From NCBI GenBank assembly GCA_963422735.1, contig OY730476.1, positions 544,001-608,000 of the forward strand: a stretch of DNA of 64,000 nt. Direction: 5' to 3'. Below the pieces are notes generated by a model. That model ran no database searches. It had not been told where the DNA came from and was given only the letters and a program-made list of their open reading frames with translations. Within the stretch, counting starts at the first letter, position 1, and each line of letters begins with the position of its first letter. The position numbers and the translations under genes are program-made. Origin of the DNA: Candidatus Latescibacterota bacterium. Lineage in GTDB: Bacteria > Latescibacterota > UBA2968 > UBA8231. Shown one piece after another: positions 30,190 through 39,752 of the stretch.

Positions 30190-32153
30190 TGCATCGAGGG
30201 ACGGCCCGCATTGCGGCGCTGTTGTGCGCCTTGTGCTCCTGTGCACAGTGGCTCGCCGCAGACGAATGGGTACTCGGAGGGCATGGGTTTTCTTGGGGAG
30301 ATCTCGTGCAGGTCCGCGCCCAGATCGACGACCAGAGTAGCCTTGGCGCGATTCAGATCCGCGGCTTTACGCCCGACGAGAACATCATCACCTCACTCTC
30401 TTGGGCCTATGGCAAGCCCAACGACTTGGTCAGCGAGGGCAATGCAGCCCTGTGGGACAATACGGCGGCTAAGAATTCCATTTCGCTGTCGATCGTCGAT
30501 GGCGACGACACCACGAGCACTGCAGACCTCTTCAAAACCGCTGGCGTCGATCAAGACGGACGCACTTTTTTTTTGGATATAGGCTCGCGCGTGCCAGCCG
30601 ACAGCTTGGTCTTCTTTCCCCGGCAAGAGGGGACGTACGCCAATGGCAAGCCCTTTAGCGCCGACTTTGTCCGCAAGCACCGGATTTCCGTTAGCGATGG
30701 GCTGACCTACGTGAACGAGCAGCCGCTCTTCACCTTACTGCGCGATGTCCCGGTGAACCCCAACAGCGTGTTCACCATGAAATTCCCCCAGCAGTTCATT
30801 CGCTTTATTCTGCTGCGAGTCGGGTCGCGGAACCCCTTTGAGATCGCCGAATTTGAACTCTACGGCAATGGTTTCGTGCCGCGGGCCACGTATCGGAGCC
30901 AAGTCATCGACTTAGGCGAGGTATCCAATTACGGCACCATATCTTGGGCCCAGCGGGCTTTGGAATTGGTGGATGGCGAGTTGATCGAGTTGCCGGATCT
31001 GGGGCAGACCTCGGTCGCAGTGCGCATGAAGACGGGCCAAGACGATAGCCCGCTGGTTCACTTCCAAAAGGTTGTTGACGATGAAACGCGGGCCGTGAGC
31101 CAAGAGGTGGTCTCGGAAGCGGATTACAACAAGCTGCCCTCGGGCAAGAAGGGCGACATCGAGGACGACATCGATAACTGGAGTCCTTGGTCGTTGCCGC
31201 TCAAATCCGGGCAATTGATCCCATTGCCCAGCCCACGCCCCTATTTTCAGTTACAGATCGTCATGGAGAGCAAATCCGTGACGCAGACGGTGCGCATTGA
31301 CTCGTTGCGGATTGAGCATTCGCTGCCCCCGGCCGCTGCGGTCGTCGGCGAGATCTCTTTGGCTGACGATCCCAACCCACCGGCCGACATCGGCGTAATC
31401 GACAAAGACGATGCCGTTGTGCTGCCGAGTATCGACGGGGGCGAAGAGGTGCTCTTCGCCTATGACGTGCGATCCGTAATAAACAACGACAACCAAAGCG
31501 GCTTTGATGTCTTGCGCATTGACACGCCGACGCCAGCGCGCTTTGTCGGCCTGCAGATGGGCGATCCGCTCCTGCCCGTGGAGCCGGATCGCGTGAGCGC
31601 GGGCGATAGAAGCCTTGAAGTGATTTTTACCAGCAATAAGATCACCTTTGACAACAATGTTCCGCTGCGCGTGCTCTTCGAGGGGTCGGCCGTGGTATTC
31701 GGCACGATTTTCACCGGCACGGTCTGGGATACCCAATCCGACATCCTCGGCCAGCCCGTGCTAGAAGGCGATGCCAACTTCGACGTCAGCACCAACTCGC
31801 TGCGCGTGGCCCTGACCCAGAAGTCCGTGGGCGAAATCGTCCGCGCCATAGAGTTTGATCCTTCGGTTTTCACGCCGAATGGGGATGGCATCAACGACCA
31901 CATCGCCATCAAGTACACCGTAATTCAGATTTCCGAGCCAAAGCCTATTGAGGTGGCCATTTACGACTTGGCGGGTCGGTTGGTGCGAGTGCTGGCCGAC
32001 CGCGAGCAGACCGGCGGGATTTACACCGAGATGTGGGATGGGCAAAGCGATGCCGACGAGGCCGTGCCCCCGGGCAGTTACGTGGTCTCGCTCTCAGTTG
32101 ATAGCGGGATCGGCAACTTCAGGCGGGTCGGCGTTATTGGCGTCGCCTATTGA
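30189..32153 (+). CDS. Secreted discoidin-like/FlgD-Ig protein with type B CTD-like C-terminus (paralog 1)
   Basis: Signal peptide; VDGD..T, LDIG, EIAEFELYG; WSPWS; GFD.LRI; FTPNGDGIND...IYDLAGRLV...WDG...PG.Y...VAY. Confidence 0.8.
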   Translation: MHRGTARIAALLCALCSCAQWLAADEWVLGGHGFSWGDLVQVRAQIDDQSSLGAIQIRGFTPDENIITSLSWAYGKPNDLVSEGNAALWDNTAAKNSISLSIVDGDDTTSTADLFKTAGVDQDGRTFFLDIGSRVPADSLVFFPRQEGTYANGKPFSADFVRKHRISVSDGLTYVNEQPLFTLLRDVPVNPNSVFTMKFPQQFIRFILLRVGSRNPFEIAEFELYGNGFVPRATYRSQVIDLGEVSNYGTISWAQRALELVDGELIELPDLGQTSVAVRMKTGQDDSPLVHFQKVVDDETRAVSQEVVSEADYNKLPSGKKGDIEDDIDNWSPWSLPLKSGQLIPLPSPRPYFQLQIVMESKSVTQTVRIDSLRIEHSLPPAAAVVGEISLADDPNPPADIGVIDKDDAVVLPSIDGGEEVLFAYDVRSVINNDNQSGFDVLRIDTPTPARFVGLQMGDPLLPVEPDRVSAGDRSLEVIFTSNKITFDNNVPLRVLFEGSAVVFGTIFTGTVWDTQSDILGQPVLEGDANFDVSTNSLRVALTQKSVGEIVRAIEFDPSVFTPNGDGINDHIAIKYTVIQISEPKPIEVAIYDLAGRLVRVLADREQTGGIYTEMWDGQSDADEAVPPGSYVVSLSVDSGIGNFRRVGVIGVAY

Positions 32154-32220
32154 ATCTGTGCGAAGACGCCCAAGAAGTTCTCTGCGCTAACACTCCCAAC
32201 TTCCAACGCGTTAAAGCCGC

Positions 32221-32421
32221 GACTCAGTGCAGGTGCCCTTCGACGCTTTGCGGTACCCTAGTGCGGCTGATTAGGTGGCGATGGGCAAAGAGGCCGATGG
32301 CATTGTGGTAACGGGCGTGGCGGCCCTGGACCAAGTGCTGAGACGATTTGGAGTGCAAAGGGCGTTCTATCTCAAAGATGTGGAACCCGTTCGCACGGAA
32401 CGAAGATGGCCGGCGCGATAG
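32221..32421 (+). pseudogene. Short gene relic within the operon
   Basis: Protein-like frame broken by TAG at 32272; IVVTGVAALDQVLRRFGVQR recalls N-terminal segments of secreted S8 peptidases (weak, by eye). Confidence 0.25.
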
Positions 32422-32472
32422 GCCCAAAAGGGATAGCTCAAAAACATAAAAATTCATAAGGGAGGGTTTTCC

Positions 32473-35100
32473 ATGAAGCGCATGCTCTGCGCAGCACTCG
32501 CGATGTTAGGCATCGCGCTCGCGCACGATGGTGCCTTGGCCCAACGGGTCGGTTTTCTCACCGGACGCGAACCGCGAGGCGTGGATGTCTATGAGATGGC
32601 GATGACGCCGGCGCAGCGGAAGTGGCAGTATCCGCAAAGCCTGTACCACTTCTACCGCTGGACTGGCGAGGAATACAGCAATTACGCGCGCGAAATATAC
32701 GAGCGGTACGTGGGGACTGAACTAGAGGGATTTCGCACCTACGATCTGTACGGCAATTACATCACGCGCGGCTTTGAGGTGTACACTTGGTCGGTCGATA
32801 GCCCGGTGACTTCCGGCAGCGAGGTTCGCAAAGGACTCTACTACTCACGGTTCTTTAGCGGCCTGATCGTCTCGTCCATGTCCAAGGGGCAGTTCTACTC
32901 GTCGATGACCATTGGCGAGGCCCTGCGCACCACCCTGACGCCGCTGACCTTTTCCAAGCCAACCTTCAATGGGGTGCAGTGGGACTTTGCCGCCGACAAG
33001 TACCAGATGACCCTCTTGGCGTCGCGCTTGGCCTCCCCGGGCACGGCTGTGGCGCTTGAAAATTCGCTCGGCCAGATCCTAGGCGACATGACCAACCTCT
33101 TCGGTGTGCATTCCAAAGTGCAGCTCGGGGATTTCTCCAAGCTGGGCTTTACCTATCTGAACATTGCCAACTTCTCCACCGGTCGCAAATTGGGCGACAA
33201 CTCGCTCAAAGGGGTATTGACTGAGGCCCAAAACGGCGGCAATATCGAGACGATCGTCCTGCGGCTGTCGGACGATTCGCCCGAAGACGGCGTAGGCGGT
33301 GCCCAGCTTTTTGCCGAGCGCATTATCATCGACGGGGTCGATCACCCCGAGATCGTCCCTTCGCCGCGCGGCGGCGTGCGGCGCGCCGGCGTCATCGAGG
33401 CCAATGGGGCCGAAACCTTGGAGCTGACTTACAACATAGCCCGCGACTTCCGCCAACAGCCCGGCGACGAGATCACCACCTTTCAGGAGATCCGCGAAAT
33501 CGAGTTTGAGTTGGTCATCGCCAACGACTATCGGATCGAAATCACCTCCAATCTGCAAGTCAACGGCCAGGGCGAGCCCGTGTTCTTGGAGGTCGAGCGC
33601 GCCCATGGCAACGTCGGCGACGGCTCGAACCAGCGTTTCATCAGCTTTGAATACGGCCTGCCCACCGGCAAGGACATCATTGGCCTCAACTTTGATATAG
33701 ATGACATCAAAGGGTTCAATATGCGCTCGGAGATTGCCCTCAGCCGGGCGTTTCGCCGCTTTCCCAACCAGAACTTCCAAGAACACACCCTCGCTCAAGA
33801 CGACGGCTTGGCCTATTACCTCACGGCCTCACAGGACGCGTATCCGTTCTTCGCGTACGGAGAATTCTACCGCCTAGAGCCTGAGTACCAGACCAATGCG
33901 TTTATCGCGGATGCGCGGGGTTTTATCGACTACGAACATCCAGAGCGCTATTCCTTTGAGGCGGTTGATGACAACGACGACCAAGACCGTTTTCCCGACT
34001 GGAAGCGCCTGTGGCAAAACGGTGACAGTGCCTTTGGCCAAACGCCTTTTGGCACCGGCGGTGCAGCCGACCCGCAGGTCTTTCCCGGATACGACGAGAA
34101 CGCGGATTTTATCTCGGACTTCAACCAAAACGACAACGGCCAGCCGGATTTTGCCGAGCCGTTTCTGCGCTACAACGTCGATCCGCCCGAGTTTCTCTTT
34201 GGCGTTGACATGAACAACAACAACGTCATTGACCGCTTTGAAAACGACACCTTCGCCGATTATCCCTACCGACAGGATCGCGATGGTTACAATGTGTACG
34301 GGGGTGTTCACTTGACCGAAGGCATCAAGCTGACGGTAGGCCACTCCGCAGCCGATGAGATCAGTTCCAAGCGCAGTGCGCAGATGAGCTATGCGGTGCT
34401 TACGGGTCAGTGGAAGTGGCCGGGCATCGAGGCCCGGGCTTTCCAATACGCCCGCTCGGTCCAAGACGACATCGAAGACGATGTGATCGAATGGGTCGAT
34501 CCAGATGGATTTCGCGAAACCATCGATCCACTGATCGCCCAAGATGCCTTTGTCTGGACCGGCTATCTGACTCTCGATTACCTGCGCCTCAAAAACCTGA
34601 ATATCTACAACAAGGTGAAGTACGATTGGTTTAGGCAGCGCGGCGAGCAGGCCGAGGTCAAAGACAATCGCCTCTTTTTTGGCGCGATCAACAAGGTGGA
34701 TTATCCGCTACCGATTACCGATAACTTGTCTTTCTGGCCGCGCTACAAGAGCGTCTTCCGCAAGATCAACCCGACCTTTAGCACCGACCTCGACATTATC
34801 GAGTGGTCGCAGTTTTACATGCTGACCTCAAAGTACTTCATCCTGCCTGGGACCTTTATTGAATACGGCGTCGAGTTGAACCTCTTCCGCAATCTCGAAG
34901 AGCGCCCGGAGATCTTGCCGCCTGGATACGTCGATGACTTCACGGGTTCGGTGCTGGCCTTACAGCTTTCCAACAGGTCGGCGTACCTTGGTTATTCACT
35001 GATCATGAACACGGGTTTTCGCTGGGAGCGCCGAGCCTTTGCCGAAGCGACCGAAACCAACTCGCTGCTCTTCATTCGGGTCTTTGCGGGTCTCCAATAG
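32473..35100 (+). CDS. Large exported protein, probable outer-membrane beta-barrel with Ca-binding acidic loops
   Basis: Signal peptide ALA-Q; aromatic-rich alternating strands; DDNDDQDRFPD, DENADFISD, DMNNNNVID loops; ends LLFIRVFAGLQ; GGAGG RBS. Confidence 0.7.
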   Translation: MKRMLCAALAMLGIALAHDGALAQRVGFLTGREPRGVDVYEMAMTPAQRKWQYPQSLYHFYRWTGEEYSNYAREIYERYVGTELEGFRTYDLYGNYITRGFEVYTWSVDSPVTSGSEVRKGLYYSRFFSGLIVSSMSKGQFYSSMTIGEALRTTLTPLTFSKPTFNGVQWDFAADKYQMTLLASRLASPGTAVALENSLGQILGDMTNLFGVHSKVQLGDFSKLGFTYLNIANFSTGRKLGDNSLKGVLTEAQNGGNIETIVLRLSDDSPEDGVGGAQLFAERIIIDGVDHPEIVPSPRGGVRRAGVIEANGAETLELTYNIARDFRQQPGDEITTFQEIREIEFELVIANDYRIEITSNLQVNGQGEPVFLEVERAHGNVGDGSNQRFISFEYGLPTGKDIIGLNFDIDDIKGFNMRSEIALSRAFRRFPNQNFQEHTLAQDDGLAYYLTASQDAYPFFAYGEFYRLEPEYQTNAFIADARGFIDYEHPERYSFEAVDDNDDQDRFPDWKRLWQNGDSAFGQTPFGTGGAADPQVFPGYDENADFISDFNQNDNGQPDFAEPFLRYNVDPPEFLFGVDMNNNNVIDRFENDTFADYPYRQDRDGYNVYGGVHLTEGIKLTVGHSAADEISSKRSAQMSYAVLTGQWKWPGIEARAFQYARSVQDDIEDDVIEWVDPDGFRETIDPLIAQDAFVWTGYLTLDYLRLKNLNIYNKVKYDWFRQRGEQAEVKDNRLFFGAINKVDYPLPITDNLSFWPRYKSVFRKINPTFSTDLDIIEWSQFYMLTSKYFILPGTFIEYGVELNLFRNLEERPEILPPGYVDDFTGSVLALQLSNRSAYLGYSLIMNTGFRWERRAFAEATETNSLLFIRVFAGLQ

Positions 35101-35181
35101 TAGGGCTGCACTATTTCCTTGTGGATCCAAAGCACCCGGCGTTCTCTAGCGGAGATGCCGGGCGCTTTACTGCCTAACAGT

Positions 35182-36426
35182 ATGGACATGCGCCTTGCCG
35201 CGACATGGATAGGGCTAGTCGGCCTCCTCGGAGGGATCGGCTGTGATTCCCCGGAACGCCACGTTCTCAAAAAGCCTGCCACGCCCCAGCCCCTCGCGTT
35301 CTACCAGCGCGCCTACGAGCAAAACCCCGCAGACCCAGAGGTGCTCTTGGCCTTGGGGTGGCTCTACCTACAAAAGGACCGTACGCGCCACGCCGTCGCC
35401 GTGCTGTCCGCACTGGGCGCGGTTGCGCCCGACGACGCGGATGCCCACTACTACCTCGGGGTTGCCCTCGCCAAAGAGCACCGCAAGAGCGAAGCCATAG
35501 CCTCCTTTAAGCGAGCACTTGAAAAGGCACCGGCCTTTGCCGAGGTGTACTGGGCCTTGGCATTGCTGTACAACGAGCGCGGCGATGGGTATGAAAAGGC
35601 GCTTGCAACGGCCGAAGAGGGATTGCAACTGGCTGCGGAGAGCGGCTATGGGCACTTCGTGTTGGGTTTTGTGCTGTGTTCGCGCGGCGACAATGAAAAC
35701 GCCAAGACTGCGCTGCTCAAGGCGATTGAACTCGATCCCGGCTTGGCCCACGCCTACTACTACTTGGCACTGGTGTACTTGCGCTTGCAGGACGATGAGC
35801 AAGCCATAGGGGCCATGGAGCAGACTATTGCCGCTGACCCGGGTTACTCCTCGGCCTATTACAGCTTAGGTACGCTCTATGCGCGCACGGGCCGCGTGGC
35901 CGAGGGAGCGCGAATGAGTGAGCTTTTTCAGCAGTTGAGTAGCACGACGATGGACGAGGATCACTACCGCCGCTTGCTCTATCGCCAGGCCGTGCCGCTG
36001 GCGGCCGACAAGCGGGTGGCCACGCATTTCAACTTGGGATTGGTTTACTTGCACAGAAAGGAGCTAGCAGCGGCACGCGAGCAGTTTGAGGCGGCCTTGG
36101 CCCTTGATTCCACGTACGCGGAGGCCAGCCACAACATCGGGGTGATCTATTCGCTACAAGAGCAACACGCGGTTGCCCGGCCCTTTTTGCTGCGTGCGGT
36201 GCGCCACAAGCCCGACTACGCTTTGGCCTTTGAGAACATCGGCAACAACAGTTTGGCCCTCGGCGAGTACGAGGCTGCGGCCGCTGCGTTTCGCCGCGCC
36301 TTGGCTCTCGACGGGAGCATGGCCTCGGCCCTCGACGGCTTGGGCACCGCGCTGATCCAGCAGGGCCGCGTGGCAGAAGGCCGCGCGGCTCGCGTCGAGG
36401 CCGCAGCCTTGAGGGCACAACGGTAA
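35182..36426 (+). CDS. TPR-repeat lipoprotein
   Basis: IGC lipobox-like site; many A.Y.LG...A...F..AL..P repeats. Start 35182 or 35188. Confidence 0.85.
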   Translation: MDMRLAATWIGLVGLLGGIGCDSPERHVLKKPATPQPLAFYQRAYEQNPADPEVLLALGWLYLQKDRTRHAVAVLSALGAVAPDDADAHYYLGVALAKEHRKSEAIASFKRALEKAPAFAEVYWALALLYNERGDGYEKALATAEEGLQLAAESGYGHFVLGFVLCSRGDNENAKTALLKAIELDPGLAHAYYYLALVYLRLQDDEQAIGAMEQTIAADPGYSSAYYSLGTLYARTGRVAEGARMSELFQQLSSTTMDEDHYRRLLYRQAVPLAADKRVATHFNLGLVYLHRKELAAAREQFEAALALDSTYAEASHNIGVIYSLQEQHAVARPFLLRAVRHKPDYALAFENIGNNSLALGEYEAAAAAFRRALALDGSMASALDGLGTALIQQGRVAEGRAARVEAAALRAQR

Positions 36427-38118
36427 ATGCGGTTTGTACTAGCCGTGATTTGGGCGTTGGCAGGGTGCGGGGGCAAGGAGACGCGGCCCAGTTTCGTCGA
36501 TGTGGCTGCCGAAGCGGGCGTTCGCTTGCGCACAGTATCTGGGACGCCGCAAAAAGAGCACATCGTCGAATGCAACACGGGCGGGACGGCCCTTTTAGAC
36601 TACGACCTAGATGGGGACGTGGATATTTTTATCGTCAACGGCACCAGCCTTGCCGGATATGCCCCGGGCCGCGAACCCCGCGCCGAGCTGTACCGCAACG
36701 ACGGTGCTTGGTGCTTTACAGGCGTTGGTCGCGAGGCTGGCGTCGCCCGCGTGGGCTGGGGCATGGGGGTTGCGGCGGCCGACTACAACGCCGATGGGTG
36801 GCCCGATCTGTACCTATCGAACTACGGCCCCAACGCCCTGTACGAAAACGAAGGCGACGGCACGTTTGTCGATGTGGCGGCCGAGCGGGGCGTGGATTTT
36901 GGTGGCTGGAGCTCGTCTGCGGCCTTTGGCGACTACGACCTCGACGGCGACTTGGACTTCTACTTGGCCAATTACATCGACTTTGATCCGGCGTTTCGCC
37001 CGGCCGATCCGAGCTATTGCACTTGGCGAGGGCTGGACGTATTCTGCGGCCCGCGCGGGATGCCGGGCGAGCGGGATCAATTCTATCGCAACGACGGCCC
37101 TAGCGCGGGTTGGGCCTTTGCCGAGGCCAGTGCGGCCTTTGGCGTTGCTGACTACGAGTACTATGGTTTTGCCGCGCTGGCTGGCGACTGGGACGAGGAC
37201 GGTGACTTGGACATTTACATTGCCAATGATTCGACGCCGAATGTGCTCTACCGCAACGACCGGAGCGCGTTTGTGGACGTGTCGCTCCTGTCGGCAACTG
37301 CGTACAGCGAGGACGGCCGCGAACAGGGTGGCATGGGCTTGGCGGCCGGAGACTACGATCGCGACGGCGATTTCGACCTCTTCGTCACCAATTTCTCGCA
37401 CGACAACAACGCGCTCTACGAGAACAATGGCCGGGGGTTTTTCACCGACGTCAGCTTCATCTCGGTTCTAGGCCGTGCGAGTATCAGTTCCTTGGGATGG
37501 GGAACGGGTTTTTTCGATTGCGACAACGACGGCGACGACGACCTGTTCGTCGCCAACGGCCACGTGTACCCGGCCGTTGACCGCCGCGACTTAGGCACCC
37601 ACTACGCCCAGCGCAATCACTTGTTTGAGAATCGCGACGGTGCATTTGTCGAGGTCGGCGCGGCGGTAGGCCGAGGTTTGGCAGTGGAAAAGTCGAGCCG
37701 CGGCGCGGCCTTCGGGGATTTGGACAACGATGGCGACTTGGACCTTGTGGTGGTCAACATCGACGACACGCCGACCTTGCTGCGCAACGACGGAGGCAAT
37801 CGCCACAACTATTTGATGGTGAGGCTGCTCGGTGCCGGCGACAATACAGACGCCATTGGTGCTCGGGTCGCGGTTGCGGTGGGTGGCGCAGTGCAGATGC
37901 GGGAGGTGCGCGCGGGCACGGGGTACCTGTCGCAGGACGACCTGCGGCTGCACTTCGGCTTGGGACGGGCGACCGCGGCCGACTCCCTCGTGGTGCGCTG
38001 GCCCGATGGGGTGGAAGAGCGCATCGACGGGGTGGCGGGCAACCGGCTGATTACTATCCAGCGCGGCGCGGGCCTCGTCGCCGAGGGGTTTGGGCCGGTG
38101 CCGAGGCTGGAGCCGTGA
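36427..38118 (+). CDS. CRTAC1 family protein (FG-GAP/VCBS beta-propeller plus ASPIC/UnbV domain), lipoprotein
   Basis: LAGC; repeated DYD.DG..D; SRGAAFGDLDNDGDLD; AIGARV; GYLSQ....HFGLG; VRWP.G. Confidence 0.92.
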   Translation: MRFVLAVIWALAGCGGKETRPSFVDVAAEAGVRLRTVSGTPQKEHIVECNTGGTALLDYDLDGDVDIFIVNGTSLAGYAPGREPRAELYRNDGAWCFTGVGREAGVARVGWGMGVAAADYNADGWPDLYLSNYGPNALYENEGDGTFVDVAAERGVDFGGWSSSAAFGDYDLDGDLDFYLANYIDFDPAFRPADPSYCTWRGLDVFCGPRGMPGERDQFYRNDGPSAGWAFAEASAAFGVADYEYYGFAALAGDWDEDGDLDIYIANDSTPNVLYRNDRSAFVDVSLLSATAYSEDGREQGGMGLAAGDYDRDGDFDLFVTNFSHDNNALYENNGRGFFTDVSFISVLGRASISSLGWGTGFFDCDNDGDDDLFVANGHVYPAVDRRDLGTHYAQRNHLFENRDGAFVEVGAAVGRGLAVEKSSRGAAFGDLDNDGDLDLVVVNIDDTPTLLRNDGGNRHNYLMVRLLGAGDNTDAIGARVAVAVGGAVQMREVRAGTGYLSQDDLRLHFGLGRATAADSLVVRWPDGVEERIDGVAGNRLITIQRGAGLVAEGFGPVPRLEP

Positions 38119-39752
38119 AGGCGCGCTACGGAATGGTCCTGCTGCTGTGTTGCAATGCCGCCGCGGAATCGCGCTTTGTCGATATCGCGCAATCTGCTGG
38201 AGTCGATTTTGTCCACCGCAATGGCGCGGCCGGCGCGCGCTATTTGCCCGAGACCTACGGCTCGGGTGCTGCATTTTTGGATTTCGACGGCGATGGTGCG
38301 CTCGACCTCTACTTGGTCAACTCCGGGCGGCTGCCCGGGCTATCGAACGCGCCCGCAGCGGCCAACGCGCTCTTTCGCAACGAAGGTGCGGGCCGCTTCT
38401 CAGAGCAGACGGCGCGGGCTGGCGTCGGCGACCGCGGCTACGGCATGGGTGCGGCCGTCGGCGACTACGATAACGACGGCCAGGCCGACTTCTACGTCAC
38501 CAATTTTGGGGCCAACGCGCTCTTCCACAATCGCGGACAGGGCCGCTTTGCCGATGTCACGGCTGCGGCTGGCGTCGGCTGCCCGGGGTGGGGGACGAGC
38601 GCGGCTTTTGCCGATGTGGATCTCGACGGGGATTTGGACCTATTCGTCGGCAACTACCTCGACTATCCGACCGCCGATCCGCTCGTGTGTCGGATCGGCA
38701 ACAGCGAGGAGCGGCTCTACTGCGACCCCCGCAAGTTCGACGGCGAGGTCGATCGCCTCTATATCAACGAAGGCCGCGCCGGCGGTTGGGCTTTTGCCGA
38801 CCGCACGGCGGCCTTCGGCCTCGCCAGCACGGCCGGCAAGGAACTGGGGGTCGTCTTTGGCGACTACGACCAAGATGGAGATCCCGATCTGTACTTGGCC
38901 AACGACCTCGTGCCCAACATGCTCTACCGCAACGACGGCTCGCTCTTTGTCGATCGGGGGCTTGCCAGCGGTACCAGCCTCAACGGCGAAGGGGGCGTCG
39001 AGGCTGGGATGGGCGTTGACATGGCCGATGCAGACGGCGACGGGGACTTGGATTTGTTCGCGACCAACTTCCAATGGGAGAGCAATACCTTGTACCGCAA
39101 CCTAGGCGGAGGGTTCTTTGCAGACGCGACCGTGGAGTCGGGCATCGCCCGCGCCAGCATGGCCTTTCTCGGGTTTGGTACGGGGTTCTTCGACTGCGAC
39201 AACGACGGCGATCTCGACCTGTTCGTCGCCAACGGCCATGTGTACGACAACGTGGAAAAGGTCGATCGGGCGGCTGAGTACGCACAGCGCAATCAGCTTC
39301 TCGAAAACGTCGGCGCAGGTACTTTTGTAGAGCGCGGCGAGCGCGGCCCGGGCCTCGCGCTGGTACAGGTCAGTCGCGGGGCCGCATTCGGCGACATCGA
39401 CAGCGATGGCGACTTGGATATTGCGGTGAGCAACTCCAATGACCGGCCGGCCCTGTTGCGCAACGACGCAGAGGCCAGCGGGTGGTTGGGGCTTAAGTTG
39501 CAAGGCGCGGCGAGCAACCGCGACGCGATTGGGGCGCGGATCGCGCTGACCAGTGGCGGTCGCACCCTCGTACGCGAGGTGCGCCGCAGCGCGAGCTATC
39601 TGTCGTCGAACGACCCGCGCGTGCTTTTTGGCCTCGGCAACGCCGAGGTCGCCGAGCGAGTTGAGATTCGCTGGCCATCTGGTGCCGTCCAAGTCGTCGA
39701 GGCCCTGCCTGGGCGGCAATACGTGGTCATGGAGGAGGATACTAGTCGGTGA
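38115..39752 (+). CDS. CRTAC1 family protein (FG-GAP plus ASPIC/UnbV), second paralog
   Basis: Same motifs: DFDGDG.LD repeats, SNRDAIGAR, SYLSSND...FGLG, IRWPSG. Confidence 0.92.
   Translation: MKARYGMVLLLCCNAAAESRFVDIAQSAGVDFVHRNGAAGARYLPETYGSGAAFLDFDGDGALDLYLVNSGRLPGLSNAPAAANALFRNEGAGRFSEQTARAGVGDRGYGMGAAVGDYDNDGQADFYVTNFGANALFHNRGQGRFADVTAAAGVGCPGWGTSAAFADVDLDGDLDLFVGNYLDYPTADPLVCRIGNSEERLYCDPRKFDGEVDRLYINEGRAGGWAFADRTAAFGLASTAGKELGVVFGDYDQDGDPDLYLANDLVPNMLYRNDGSLFVDRGLASGTSLNGEGGVEAGMGVDMADADGDGDLDLFATNFQWESNTLYRNLGGGFFADATVESGIARASMAFLGFGTGFFDCDNDGDLDLFVANGHVYDNVEKVDRAAEYAQRNQLLENVGAGTFVERGERGPGLALVQVSRGAAFGDIDSDGDLDIAVSNSNDRPALLRNDAEASGWLGLKLQGAASNRDAIGARIALTSGGRTLVREVRRSASYLSSNDPRVLFGLGNAEVAERVEIRWPSGAVQVVEALPGRQYVVMEEDTSR

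Noticed and set aside
36427-39752. DNA repeat array or DGR-like template/variable repeats
   Set aside because: The repeats are degenerate FG-GAP coding units and ordinary paralogy; no reverse transcriptase or adenine-specific mismatch pattern was noticed.
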